Source: Enoplolaimus lenunculus (taxonomy: Eukaryota). Taken from it: a stretch of DNA of 64,000 nt. Positions within the stretch are counted from its first letter, which is position 1, and every line of letters starts with the position of its first letter. The notes beneath the pieces are model-generated. The model did not search any database and was not told the DNA's origin. It was given only the letters and a program-made list of their open reading frames with translations. The stretch covers positions 558,001 through 622,000 of the forward strand of contig JASANG010002092.1 of the NCBI GenBank assembly GCA_030248215.1. The letters run 5' to 3'. This document shows, in pieces, positions 26,301 to 41,300 of this stretch. The translations under genes were made by a program, and so were the position numbers.

Positions 26301-29300
26301 CACCAACAAAAGACGCAAACAGCGTTAACAAAACCAGACAAGCCACCCATAGAAAACGGTACACACAAACCCATGTATATACCAGACACACGTATATATA
26401 AACAGAACCAGGGACATGTACAAGTAGCAGGGTTTGTGCGGAACCTACGTGCAAAAATCACCTAACCTAAAAAGTTTCGGTTCTGGTTTGTAATCATGAA
26501 ACCGGAACCGGTACTTAAACCGGAACTTTCAGTCAAACCGAGACAGATGGTATACATACAGAAAAAATGCCCTTTCTAGAGGTACGTTTAAAGTTAGGCA
26601 TTTTCACAGGCGTCACATTTTACTTAATAGTTAACGAAAAATTTCGATACGTAAATGATGGTTGAAGCTAAAACACAGCGCTGCCTATCACGGAGCGGCG
26701 TAGCACTCAATGATTGCTTTAGCTTAGCAAATTGTACATTAATTCAAATTCAGCTAAAAACTTTAGATTGGCTCAATAAAAACTATCAGAATTTTTTCCA
26801 AATTCGCTAAAGGTTTAATATTGAAAATAGTCTGAAATACAGATGCAATTACGTATATATTTTATAGCGTTGCAGCCAGGGTGCAACCGAAATTCCGGTT
26901 CCGGTATGTTTTCACCTTCCGGTTCCGGCAAATTATACACCTAGAAGATATGACGCACCGCGATGGTAGTTCAATAAAAACTTTGGCGACAGAAACGATC
27001 GTAACGCCGCTCCACTTCTGGTCGATGTAGACTCGACTGCGCTGAATTTCCGCGACCGCAAGCGTGTTCGTTCAGCAGTAGACACGAATTGAGACGATGC
27101 CGTAGACGATGACGTCGGCGGCGCTTCAAGCATCGCTTCTGCGAACGGCGATACGTGACACGTGATCGACGTCGACCGCAACGGTGGTGCTCTCGTCACT
27201 GTCGCCGCGACAGTTCGACGTCGTTTCGCTTGAGTATCGTTTTGTTGTGCCTTTTGGTAGGAGATAACTTGAGGAGATCCTAAATACTTAGAGCCGTCCG
27301 ATTCTACAGCAGAAGAAGATTTCGACGCATCGTTGCCATTAGCGGTGGTTATACTCTGGCATGCTCCGCTAGAGTTGGTGCTGTCGCGTATCAACGGATC
27401 CAGCGGTGAATTTAGCTGCGAAGACGTCGACGTAGACAAGGGTGAGTAACGATACCGGTTTTGATCGCCAAACGCAATGCGATGAGGGTCGCTGCGGTGA
27501 TTACCACGATTCTTTATGTCGACGACTACAACGTCTCTCTCAACAACACTTCTACTGCTGCTGCAACTACTGTTGTATTCCGGCACCGACGAACTCGAAG
27601 GGAATGCGGTAAATTTTGGTTGACAACCTCCAGTACAGGCTTTCGATGTCTCTGCAATGGTGTCGTTGTTGCCATCGCTATTGCTGTTTTGGTAATTGTT
27701 CAAAAATTTCACTTCCTTTTCAATGTCATATTTTCCACTGTGCGGAGATGTCATCCACCGACTATTAAACTGTCTGGCGACACTAATCGGCACCGCGTGA
27801 GTAGTTGTCGGTTTTTTTTCTACTGGTTGCATACTACGTATATGTTTTATAAAACGAAATTATTTTCCATATTGCATCCACAACCAGGATGCACGATGAA
27901 TCCGTAAAAAAGTTACACACGAGTGATCATTCCGAACCAAAAAAATGTATTAATTAAACAAACACGATTTAGCAACCCGTAGGCGAATAAAAGAACGTCT
28001 CAACTATGATAATATTGAGATATTCCATTTGCCGACTACTTATATATACGAGATATATACGTACTTGAATAACATCGATAGATTGAATTATGTACAGATT
28101 AAAACCTTTGCATACGAAAACTGCAAAAAACAAAGAATGCGGCCAGTAATAAAGAGTCAAACGGCTTAAAGTGCAAATGTTTTCATATATAATGCAAGTC
28201 TTGTCAAAAAATCATGAACTTATTGCATTTTACTACTATTTAGTTTAAATTATTTCAGAACCAGGGGCGTCGTAGCCAGGATATCAGTTCTGAAAATATA
28301 AAACTACGGACAAGGGTAGAAGAAAATTTTTTAACTTCCAGGTCCAGGATGCAGATTGTTATTCTAAAACTTGTTAAAAGCGCTTTTTGCCTCCAAAATT
28401 TCGGGAAAGCCTATGCCCCGTTCAAAACTATTCATTCTTTATAAAAAGCGGTTATAGAATAGCCGGAAATGAAAACACCGAAGTATATACACAAAAACGG
28501 ATACGTGATGGACAGGGCGCAACCGTAATTATAATTTACAGGAACCGGAGCCCGAATTTGAACAAATTAACCAAAACCGGAACCGGAAAGAGAAAAATGC
28601 ATGCCACCGAAAATTTCAATTTAAACTTCTTTTTCGCAATATTATTGGGGAAATAACCCTTAGTTGATAACAGTTATTCATTTAATCTGATGTATTTTAA
28701 ATATTCCTTATTCACTGACGCTAAATCTACCTTCGACGATTTATTTGCGGTGATTGTCTAGGTTTATATACTATACTAATTAAACCTATTTCATTATATC
28801 GTCAGCAATTGAACAAGTGGCTTTAAAAAGGCTTCTTAATTATTAGCAGATTAAAACCCGACAAAAATTTAATATTACGTACCGTAATTTTTAATTCAGG
28901 CAAAAATTTACCGGAACCGGATGCTAAAAAACGCCGGCTGTAAGCCCCAAGCAAAAACTACTACTCGTGTCAAGCAAACATCAAATGCTAACAGATGAAT
29001 TGCCACCTAAATTGAACTCAAACTTAATGATCGCGCTGAACTATCTATCATTAACCACCTCAAAACAAGAAACTAACTGTGAAAACCTTTAATGTAATCA
29101 ATACAAAATTTCACTTGTAAAAAGCAACAAAATATACTGCAGTCTATCGTGGCTCGTAACCAAACGAAAATCAAGCTTTATAATACGAATAAAATAAATC
29201 TCTGACAGTGGAGAAAACCTACGTATCTAATCATTATACATCACAGGTAAGGCCAACACGCCGACACCGGGTATGGGCTGCTATTATACAAAACTGTACG

Positions 29301-32300
29301 ACTGAAATTACCTGAAAACTAGCGAAACAGAACGGGCTGATCAAACCGAAAAATCAGCAGTTCTACTCTGTGCCAGTACAGTGGCACACAAGAACCACGA
29401 TATCATTCAAGCTACAACACAAGACTAAGGACACGACGATGTGGCGAATATTATATATTTTACGTGCGCATTTTTATACTCTACTCAAGTCGCCAAAATA
29501 CAAACATATTTTATCGCTAACCAGTAACGTATGAAAAACACTCCATGCTGGTTCATGAGTTTTCCAGACACACACAGACACACAGCTCAGAATCGCACAA
29601 TTCCAGCATGTGTACCGTCGTAGTTACACAAAACAATGCATTGGTACCAGATGGCTTTCCCAGCATAAAAACTTCCTCCACAGCAGGGGAATAACCCATG
29701 GGTAGCAAAGGGGGCGATGTCCTCCGATTGATTTGAAACAACTTTCCAAAAATTTATTGAGCGAAGCGAAACCGATACCAAAATTTTTGTCGACGCCGAA
29801 CCAATGCCGATATTCCAACTGTAATAAACCATGTTTAATAAACAGATATGACACTACATTACATCAGTATATGAAGGCTTAAACGCAAAAGAGGTAACAG
29901 TTTTCCTGACCACACACACTTATATGTGCCCAGAAATGAAACTGATAGCATTCCAACTGACTTATATGTGATAAAAGTATCGGCAAAGAATGGGCAATTT
30001 TTTTGCAGCGCCGATGCCGATACTCATGAAAATTGCCGATTATTACCGATGCCGATTAATCGGCACATCCGTTGTTTTATATTTTGTGCTCGAGGGTCGA
30101 AAGGTGGATGTCCGTCTGTCCCTTCGTCCGTCCGAGAAAAATCATGGAACTGCTGAACCGATTTTGATAAACTTTTTTGTTTGAAATCGTATCATCCTGG
30201 GATGTTAACCTCGCATTCGTGTTTTAAAATTTTACGCCGTTTATTAGCTACAGGCTAATTTGCATAATTGGCTAAACTTAAAAGGGGCATTTTTTAAGAT
30301 TTTCCACTTTCAGTACTTAAGGGTTTTTGGGCACGAGGAATCTGAATAAATTGTCTACAAATCTTCAAAACCGATAATTGAATAGTTAGCTAATAGCTAA
30401 TTTGCATATTAGCATAATTGATAAGCAGCAATATAATCATAGCAGTAAAGGGTTTTTGGGTGCGAGGAATCTGGATAAATTGTTTACAAATCTCCAAAAC
30501 CGATAAATGAAAAGTTAGCTAATTTGCATATTAGCTTAATTGTTTACGTGTGTTCGAGCTTCGCTTAATACATGTAGCCCCACCACGACTGGTTCGCTCC
30601 CTGGGTTAGTTTAAAACATGAATCTAGCTTTTCGTCCACAACTACAGCTGTGATAATAGAATAAGTTGCCTTGGACTTAGGGTTACTTTTTCGCTTAGGT
30701 TTAGCCTTAAGTAGCAAGAGAGTAGCAAACAGTTGCGCCAAAATATAAAAGTACATGTCTTGATTCGGTAAAACGATATCAAGACAATTCGTCGACCGGC
30801 AACTCATCGTCCCGGCAACTCGTCGACCGACAACTCGTCGCCCCGACAACTCGTCGCCCTGACAACTCATCGTCCCGATAACTCGCCGGTCCGACCACTT
30901 GTCGCCCCGACAACTCGTCGTCCCGACAACTCGCCGGCCTTACAACCTGACACTTGTCGCCCCGAAAACTTGTCGCCCCGACAACTCGTCGCCTCGACAA
31001 ATCGTTGCCCCAACAACTTGCTGTCTAGGTTCTGACTTGTTCCCATGACCGTTTGATTTGTTCCCACATTCGTTTTTAAATATGCAAATTAACATTTTAC
31101 GTTCGTTCCCACAATCTATTGCAGTGATTTTTGTTTGGAAACGTTGTTATTTTAATTAATTAACTCGGTTCTATATATGGATCCTCTTTCGCTCTTACTT
31201 AAAATGATTACTGTTGTCGAGATCTCGAGATGTTGGGCGGCAAGTTATGGGGAGTCGACGAGCTATTGGGACGACGAGTTGTCGTACCTACTTTTGTTCG
31301 CCGAGTTGTAGGGGCGACGAGTTGTCGAGCGGCAAGCTGTCGGGCGACGAATTGTCATAGATTCTGGCAAAACACACGGTGTGTTGTCAACGTAATACAT
31401 GCAATGGCAAAACACATCCTTCAACTTGTCGTATACCTACCTACACATTCAACTTTTCGCACAGGGCTTGACAATCAATCGAAATCGTAATAAAATGTCA
31501 GAGAACAACGTAGAAAAGGTTTTGAGGCTCAAAAGCTGGGCAATTACGATATATAATGCGTATGATTAGGTTGCAACATATATACAAGCCCGACTGGCTA
31601 AAGAATTGTTGGTTGTCAGGCAACCAGTAAACAAAGGGTCTGCAGCAAATCAAATACACAGCAAATGCAAACTGCTAAATAATTTCGTAGCAAACAAGCA
31701 TATGACCAACACGAAAATGTATATATACAAGACGGTGTGCGTTCGACGTGGTTGTAACACGGAACAAAATTTTTGCAGTAATAAAACTGAAATTATTAGA
31801 TTTTTTTCCGGAACAGTAATCGGAAATCGGAATTAAATAGTTTCATTACCGATCTTGGTGCAAACTTGATACTGATGATGTAACAAGCTAGCAAAACTAA
31901 TTATATGTGCCCACTGCCCACGTACCTATAAATAGTTTAGTTTTATATCTCTCACAAAAACAACGTATGTGCAAACTAGATGTTTAGATGGAAGGCGACT
32001 GCGACTGGATATAATACAGGGACCAGACACTACAATAGACAGATTTCTTGCAAATTTCGAAAAGGCCAATTGCAAAGAACTGGTGCGGAACAGTATTATA
32101 AGCATATTCCTATGCCAAAGTCTCAGCCTAAACCTAAACCTAAGCGTAACAATGAGCATATTCCTAACCCTAAACCTAAGTTGAGCAAAAAATTCGTCTA
32201 ATCTAAAGCTTAAGAAGCTTGCCCTAGTCCCACAGAAGAACTCTCCGCCTCTGATCTATCTATATATATACGTATGTACCAGGATCTGGGCGGATACTAA

Positions 32301-35300
32301 AAAGTACAGCGGCCAAAGCCGAATATTTAGTGTATATTTCGTGTAAAAATTAAAAATACACGCCAATTTAGTACTACTTACTACAGTTTATTATTTTGTT
32401 CCAACAATTGCATTGATAGTAATTGTGATCCTTGGTATATGTACTTATTTTCGAGCAAGTTACTTGCAATATTGTGATTTTGCCAGCGATAGATCAGTTA
32501 TTGACTGGATATCCGAATCCCGTTTAATATCCGGCAAAAAGCGACATCCGTATTCGATATATCTAATCCTACTCCTGTAGCGGTATAAGGTGAAGCAAAC
32601 ATATTCGAAAAAACATATCCTCATCCGCAATATTCGACTGTTTTGTGTATGTAAATAAACAAATACATGCAGGGAGCGATCGAATATCCGGTTGCAGTTT
32701 AACGTTCGGTAAACAACCGACATCTTTTATTCAGTAAAGTGCACAATGTTTAGATGCTACTATATACACTTGGTTAACATCCGGTTCCGATGAAAATATT
32801 TTTATTCAGCTCCGCTATACGTTAAATCACCATTCGGTCGAACCCTCCTGGTACACCGAATTGTCTGGTGGCAACTAATGCAATATATTAACTTTCACCA
32901 AAATATACTACTTCCACATACACAATAATCAGTTTAAAATATATACGTATACCTACTACTTCACAACACCAACTCCTGTATAAATAATCTAGATTCACAC
33001 TGTGCAATACAGTCAAAAGAGAGGTGACAAATTGCGCTTCAACTATAAGTAAGTATCGTTTACTTTAGCGTAGCACGAAAGCTGTCGAAGAAGAGAATTA
33101 ATTATTTATGTGTACAATACAAACTGGCGTCATTTCAAAACATTGCTCATGCACAAAGCACTGCCTAAACTAAATTTGACTGCACACAGTGTATTTACAC
33201 TGCCTGCGCTGTGAAATATAATCATGATCAGGGGCACAGCTAATATTTGATTTCACGAAGGTAAAACTTCATTGTTTTGAACTCTGCAATCCAGCAAACT
33301 ATTCTAAAGCCGGCAAAAGTACGTTCTTTCTCGTTTCTCCCGAACATACCATTAACAATATATCCCCTATTCTTTCCCCGTGTAACGCCCCTAATCATGA
33401 TTACTCCTTTTGTTACAAAAACAGTAAAAAACGCCAACAGAATCGTAGACAGCTGTTCAGAAATACAAACAAATTTTGAGCAAAAAAAGTTCAAAATTTC
33501 AAGCTAACAAATAATTTCGAAATAATGTTGCTGTGTAAAATAACTACGTAAGTCACTGAAATAGTTAAATATTAGAACACATAAAAATTAACACAAAAAA
33601 TTACCTAAAATTTAACAAGAAAGTGCAATAAACTACGCTGAAAGTGAAAGAAATTCACAATGGAAAATAAAATGGGAATAAATCAAATTTACAAACACTC
33701 ATGGCTCAATCCAACAGATGTCTTTTCAATTATCTGGTCAAAAACAGAATTCGATTTTCAACAACAAAACGGTCTTAAGTCATTTTCTACAAAACAGCAA
33801 TGAACACACAAGCACAACACGTGTGAACGCTCCAAAGTCTAGCGGGAGGGAGCACCAGCAAGGTATTGCCATTTCACATCGATCAAAAACAAAATTCTGT
33901 ATTCGTATTTAGTACTAAAATTACCAGCTTTGTCGCATAACCAAAACACATGGTATTTACGTTACGTATGCAAATTACATTTGTATGCATTGAGATACCT
34001 ACTGTTTCAGGTGTTTTCTATATTTTATTTTGTTCACTTAAATATGAGGAGCCCAGGCAACAATTTAGCGTACGGCCGGAGAAGCGTTAGTTCAGTTGCA
34101 CATGTGTGCAACTACGTGCACCAGTATTATATTATTTGCTAAACATGTCATATTGCGCAGGCTGGCTGTTGGTAAATACACATTTTAAATAATTTGCGTA
34201 TAAATACAATTTCATACGTAATTTTTCCTATGTATTTTGACAGTATGTATCATCTGATTTTGAGGTTTGGCGTGCTTTCTTTTACGAACTAGCGTTATAT
34301 TCAGCGCAAGTATTTTACTACCGAATTTGTGTTAATACAACAACCTAAACTGTATGAAGGTTTTATTTACACGGCTATAACTACACAGAATACATATTGT
34401 AGTATGCAGCGTGCAAACGGCATTACAACCGGAAACGAAACCGGAAAATGAAAATTACATGTCACCGAAAATTCATTTTGATTTTCTTTCTTGCTATGTT
34501 ATTGGTGAAATAACCCTAGTTGGAGATAGATATTCACTTTATCTGATGTACTTTGGATTCTCATAATCCACGGAAGCGAAATCTACCTTCGATGGTTTAT
34601 CTTCGGCGATTGCCAAGGTGTGTATAATATACGAATGAAATCAATTTAATTTTTATCGTCATTTTTCGTAAAATATCTTAATTTCCACCCACCAAAGTTT
34701 AATACCGGGATTCTTAATTGATAGCATACGTATGATTTTGTCTAAAACTATTTTTTAAACGTAATCATCTTTAACATGTTAGTTACGTGTCGGTACGTTG
34801 AAATAAAATCGAAACATTCACAATTAATTCTAATTTAATAAACATATATTTCGCGCGATTCAAGCTGTACACAAGCTTAGATGTTATATCCAGTTAATAT
34901 CCGGTCCCCGGTTACAGTTCGGTATTCGGCTCCGCATCCAGTATCCATCGTTCCCTGGTATGAAAGAGGAGATTCGAGGACCAACTTTCCTTTGGAAGTT
35001 TCCGTGAAGAGGTTTAACTGATTGAATTGCTTTCGATGAGTTGACTTATCAATGATTAATTGTGGCTTAGCTTTCGCATAACCAAGAATCAGGGCCAGTT
35101 TGTTCATGCGACGCTCCAGTTCCGGTATAAATCTGCTGTTCCGATTCCGGTATAATTCAGTCTCGCTTTGCACCCTGGTTGCGGCCAACTTTTGCTATAG
35201 TTTTTATAAGTTATCGGCACTAAACAAAGGACAGCTCACAAACTTACCATAACCACTCCTGTGGCTTTCATGGTCTCCAAACAATCGATTCGACACGACA

Positions 35301-38300
35301 CCAGCAGAACCGCCGTCCTTCGCTTTCGTCGTAATCGAAGGCGATAAAGGAGACGTCGTTAACAGAGAACGACCGACGCCGCCACCGGTTGTCGCAGCTA
35401 TAACGAGCTGCTGCTTAAACTCTTGTTGCTGTTGCGGCGTTACAGGAGTAACCGCTACACCAACAGGAGTAGAGCAACTAGACAACGCAATGTAATCGGC
35501 AGTGAGCGAATCACGATGATGATGCATTAAAATTGGCGCTGCGGCAGTACCGTCAATATCGTCCAACAGTTTATCACCAGACGCTTTGCGCGCTCTAATG
35601 TCACCGGCATATTTTCGGCGAGCATTGACTGCCTAAAATAAACAAAAAAAACAACAATGTTCCGCAATCAGCGATATATTATCAGGTTTATATCAAGGTT
35701 TAACCGGATACCAACAAACACCTGAGCCATATGCTTCAAACCCGGCTCTAGCTGTTGCCGGAGACAGATATTTAAAGTACACGTAATCACGCTAAGTAGT
35801 ACTAATTCCTACAATATATTACAGTTTTGTTTCCACCAGTCTTCGTATTAACAAGGTTTCTTGAAGTATTTATGTATACTAATTGATATTTATCGCTTAG
35901 AACAAAATTCACAACCAAATACAGTGGATTTGGTCATAAATAATAGTATTAATAATGTAGCTATGTTATACGTTTAGCAATAACTAATAAATATCCGGCG
36001 ATGTAGAATACAGGAGCAGGATGTCGATTTTGCCGGAGTTGGGTATTCTTTTGAACCTACCTCAAAATATACAAAAACAACAACAACATTTTACAGTCGC
36101 CAATATAAACATCGAGTTTCGTTTGTTGCCACCAAACATTAAAAATTTGCGCCCTATTTTTAAAGTATTTCAGTCGCGCAAAATTATATCTTAGCTGAAT
36201 TAACATAAACTGTCCGCTTGAATATCATTTTGACTTCAGCGTAACAAAAGCTGAAAACAAACGCTCATTTCTTCTAAAAGCAGTTTTATGAAATTTGGAA
36301 CCACGACTGTAAATATTCAGTACCCGGTAAGTTTATACCAAACAGCGGAACCGAATATCTTTTAGTCGGAATTAAACCAGGTTCTTATATCCAGCGTTTC
36401 CTGGCCAATAGCAATTCAGCATACCCTCACCGACGCAACACTTGCTTAAACTAATTAACCATTAATAGTTGATGTATCTTTGAACAAGTGTATGCAATCA
36501 ATATACCGAGTTTGTTGCATACACTTACCAAAACACACAATCAACTATTGATAACTATTACAGACTGACGCAATGTAGCCTTGCTATTCTTACTTTTTGC
36601 TGAATTTCGTTATGTAGTGTCGCGATTCGTTGTTTCTCTTCGGCCGGCAGTCGAAACGGTTCGCGATCTTGTGAAGAAAAACCAAGCAAACTAGGCGGTA
36701 CCGGAATTGCCGTCCCGCGTGGAGACACCATACCTGGGCTTGTTGTTACAGGCGACGGACTGACTCCAGTTCCAGCTGCCGGAGGCGGAGTCACCACTGA
36801 CACAGCAATTGCTTCGCTAGGAGTTCTACTGTTGGCACCAGAAACTTTTTTCCCCGACATTCCGCTTACAGAGCTACTGTTACTTCCGCTAGTCTCCGTG
36901 ATTAAGTTAGGCCCAGTTTTACCACTCGAATTATGGTTGTTATTATTAATATTATTATTACACAGCTTGGTGCTGCCGCTCGTCCCACTCGCTATCTGCT
37001 GCCCGCTAATGGCGCATTGCCTACGAGTTGGCGGAGTAGCATTCCGCAGACCAGTAGCACCACCACAAGCTATATTGTGATGTCGACGACGGCCACTGCC
37101 AGAATTTGATGATGCAGAACTTTTGCCACCATTTAGTTCAGATTTACATCCCGTCAGATCAGACGAGCCGTCTTGTTTGCCTGCTTTACCGCCTCCTCCG
37201 CAGTGCGGTGGTGTACGACGGTCAACTTTCACGTTGTCTGACTGCTGCTTCGTCATCAATAATCCGCGGTTGTTACCAGCAGTTGACACCGTAGTTGAAC
37301 ATACAGCTTCTGTTGTTGCTGTTGTTGTTCCACCACCAGCGTTGTGGTTACCATGATAATTACGCTCAGCTGGTGATCTCCGAGACCGATCGCTATTTAC
37401 TGAACGCCTTTTGTCGTCTCTTACATCAGAAGACAGCGACCCTTTAGACGCATTACCTTCACCACTAACACGAGATGCAGAGCTTGCAAATATATGATTG
37501 GAATTTGCCGTCCTATAACAGAAAAAATGCGATGACGGTGCGCACGCGACATATAGCAGAATATCCCAGCAATTATGCAAAACCCTACATATTCCTACAA
37601 TCAGACAAATCTTGTTTGAACATGTTTATCGATGCAAACTGTGTCATCAGGATAACCTCATAAGCGCCACTGAGAATAACCCGATAAATACACATTTTAA
37701 ATGCTACCCTAAAGGCGTTCGGGAGAGTAAAACTTAATCCCGTTACTTTAGCATTGCTTGCTATAATTTACTAGGAAGAAAATTGGTGTGTGGTGTTCAT
37801 ATTATGATTATAATTTCAATTTTGTTCTGCCACGCATTTTATTGTTAATACTGCGATTCTTAGTACGAATGTTTAGCCGAGGGATCAAGGGTCAAAACCT
37901 CCATTGGGATTTTTGATCAAAAAATTTTAGACAGTTTTTCAGTGGTTAACACAAGAAACCCTTTGGACAGTTTATAGGACGTGATTTTCTTTTTCAGTAT
38001 CCTGCCTAGGTCCATGTCTTATACTTATTTCTGCTTATTTAAATTTTAATGATAAATAATTTAATTTATTACATAAAATGTAGATATACTTCCAACGATA
38101 ATTATCCGGTATTGCAGAATACCAGAACCGGATATATATCTACTTGTCATTGGCGCTCACAAAAAATTTTCGAAAGGCGGGGGGCTGTCGTTTATACTTT
38201 CATAATAACTCTGGTATGATTTTTAATTTTTCCTATTTTGCTTCTAAAAATCAGCTGTATACAAAACATTTCGGGGAATACTCGGGGTGTGGGACAATTC

Positions 38301-41300
38301 TCCTGGACGGTTGCTGCCAGTTACACTCTGATAAACTAAAAATCACGACAAAATTAAACTAGGTTCAACTACCGATTCGGAATCCTTGTGCCGCCACTTC
38401 CTGCCAAACTGGCACTTGTCGTCGTAGTAGCTGTCACAGACACAGTTGCTGAACTCATCGCATCAGCACTCGTCGCAACCGCTAACAGCGATTGTGAGCT
38501 TTTCAACACTGGCAACTGGGCGGTGCTGTTGTTTATTTGCTGATTATTCAAATCGCCTAGTGTGTCGCCGCGATCAATGACTGTAGTCAAAATCGTCGCT
38601 CCAGTAGTATCCACTGGTGAACTTGCCTTAAGCGGTATGCCACTAGAAACACAGCGAGTTGGTTGATCTTTGACGCCCGTCGAATCGTATACTGATGCTG
38701 CAACAAAATTAAGCGATTTAGCAAGAAGGCTACTCAGGCCAAGCCCTACCCCAACAGGGATCAAAACCAAAATTTTGTATTAATATTTTTAGCCGCCATT
38801 GAGGTTCTACCATGCAAAGCTTCAATAAGCGTATCGTTGTATCTTGTTCTTAGATAGGTACGTATGCGCAAACTGACGATAAATTCCTTGGTATGTCTAA
38901 AAAAATTTACACAGTGAGATAAACCAGCTCCTTTCCGTTATAAAGTTACTAAACAGCAAAAAATTATACCAAACCCGATAAAAACGTTTGAAAATCGTGT
39001 TGCTTTGAAAATTATAAACTCGGTTCGGTAACACTTCAAAAATAACTACCACCGCTCATCCCTGTTTGGCTGAGTGTAGTAACTCAATTTTTTTCAGGAT
39101 AAACTAAAGTACCTTTGACGGCTCTGTCTGTATTACAACCGACAACTGGCTTTGTTGCACTTGTTGCGATAATGTCAAGCGCGATTGAAGACGTTGACGT
39201 TGTTGCGTCTGGAGAAAACGTTGACCCATTGGAGATTACACGAGATACACCTCTGTTAGGCGTAATTTCATTGGCAGTCCAATTGCTATTACTGGCATTT
39301 TGATAAAATAAATAATTATTGTTATTTACAGTGTCAGCAGCTGTCGTTTGGAAGGCTGTATTTGCGGTAGACGACGAAAGCGAGCGGTTGACAGGAGCTG
39401 CAAGCGAGTACTGTGATGGATGAGCACTGTACCACTCATTCGAAAAAGATTGAGGACCTAAAATTAAAAAAGATAATTGCATATTCAGTATATATATGTC
39501 GTAGGCCAATCTGCTATTCATTGCCAATAACCAGGGTGCAACCGGAATTACAATTTACCGGAACCGGAACCGGAATTTGAAAATTTTGAACGGAACCGTA
39601 AAATTAAAAAAGATTTCACCAAAATTGCATATTAATCGTATTTTTTGCTTTATTATTTTTGAAACAACCTTATTTTATTTCATAGGTATTTATTTTATTT
39701 GTTGTATTTTATATATTCGTCGTCGACTGAAGTGCCAATCTGCTATTCATTGGCTTATATTTGGAGTATAAGTGGCTTTCAAAAAAGAATCAAAAAAATT
39801 AGCAAAGTAAAAAAAACGCCCAAAAAAAAACACCGGAATTTTAAAACCCAAAAAAAAACCACCAGCCGGAGCCCGGAAGGGGAAAAAAACCGCACGCACC
39901 GAACCCGACCCCCCCCTGCCAATAACTAAGTTGGCCTATGCCAATCAGCCAGTTTAAACAATAGCTATTTGGCCTAGCCTAATCCGCTTTTGAAGTTATA
40001 GATCAATCAGATATAATTATTTGGTCAGACGCAATCCCGCTGACCAACCAGTGTTCGTTTTACACAAAAGTTGTGCAGCTACATTTCACCATTGCTATTA
40101 GGCCTAGGTCAAACATTTTACCAAAGCTTCGCAGACTTACATTTTAATAGAAGCTAAACCGAAAAGATAAACCCAACACGATTGTCTTTTCAAAATTAGC
40201 ATGGCATTGCTGAAACTTAGCATTGTATAGCTGATACAAGCAAAACCCAAACCCATATTATGTATATACTATTAAAGTGTTAACAGCTACACACTTCCGT
40301 CGATCTTTGCGTATACTAACTAGCTTGACAAACACAGCAATCAGCATTGGTCACAAACTCCGAGTTCTACAGAATTCAAATTGCCTAGAAAAGAAATTAC
40401 TTTGCTATACAAGTTGCTCGTTGTCCCGAGCTTTAAACTTCCAATACTACATCCAAATCAACTTGTCGACAAACAATGCTACAAAAACTATTTAAATCAG
40501 CAAATATCAATTAATAGCAACTAGTCTGTCAACTTTGCGCAATGCGCAAAATTAGCGAAAGCACAAAAATTTCTTTACAAATTTTCCTTTCATAGAACAA
40601 TCACGTGTATTTGCAAAGTTGTTGTAAAAATGCTGGGAAGTTGCTCAAAATACGTATGTGGGGCGTTCCAGCTTTAATATATAAATTAACTAGCTGTAGT
40701 GAACAACATTTCAAGCGCGACGCTAAGTACTCCTGCACCTCAAAGGCGGTTTAGTAATACTCATGCCCTCAAAAACCCCAAAAACAAATATATTATAAAA
40801 ACGCTGCAGACTGTTAATCTAATCAGGCTGCGACCAGATATTATTTTACCGAACACCGGAACCGGATATTTTTATCGGAACAGGAACAGGATAAACGCTA
40901 TTGTCTATGTTGAAATAATATACGTATTTTTTCGCTGTTTTAGAGTGCTCAAGGTTTTCGTGTGTTATAAAGTTCATATTGCTGCTGATAAACTGAAACT
41001 ATATAATGCAAAAATGTGTTTAACTCTGACTCGCTTACATAAGTTAAAAGCAGCTGAAACGTATCAAAAATTGAACTTCTTCCTTTGCCCATAAATGTAA
41101 TCGCAGCAAGATGTTAAAGTCGTTCACTTGTAAAAAGCAATTTTATAATATTCGGCACCACGACCGTGAATATCCCGTATCTGGTAGGTTTATACCGGAT
41201 ACGAATATCAGTTTTTGCTGGATATTAAACCGGAACCGGATATCCGGTGGCGCCCTAAATTTAATAACACAACACAGCAAACTTAACTGCGTAGCTATTA

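Noticed and set aside
25516..27907. Plus-strand ORFs of 145 aa and 148 aa
   Set aside because: They are antisense shadows of WNK exons.
30565..31490. Arg/Val/Gly-rich ORFs
   Set aside because: They are translations of the 16-bp minisatellite.
32120..32180. cctaaa/cctaag hexamer runs as telomeric repeats
   Set aside because: Short, degenerate and dispersed (similar runs near 320-360, 3760-3805 and 56700-56750); more consistent with repeat-element subunits.
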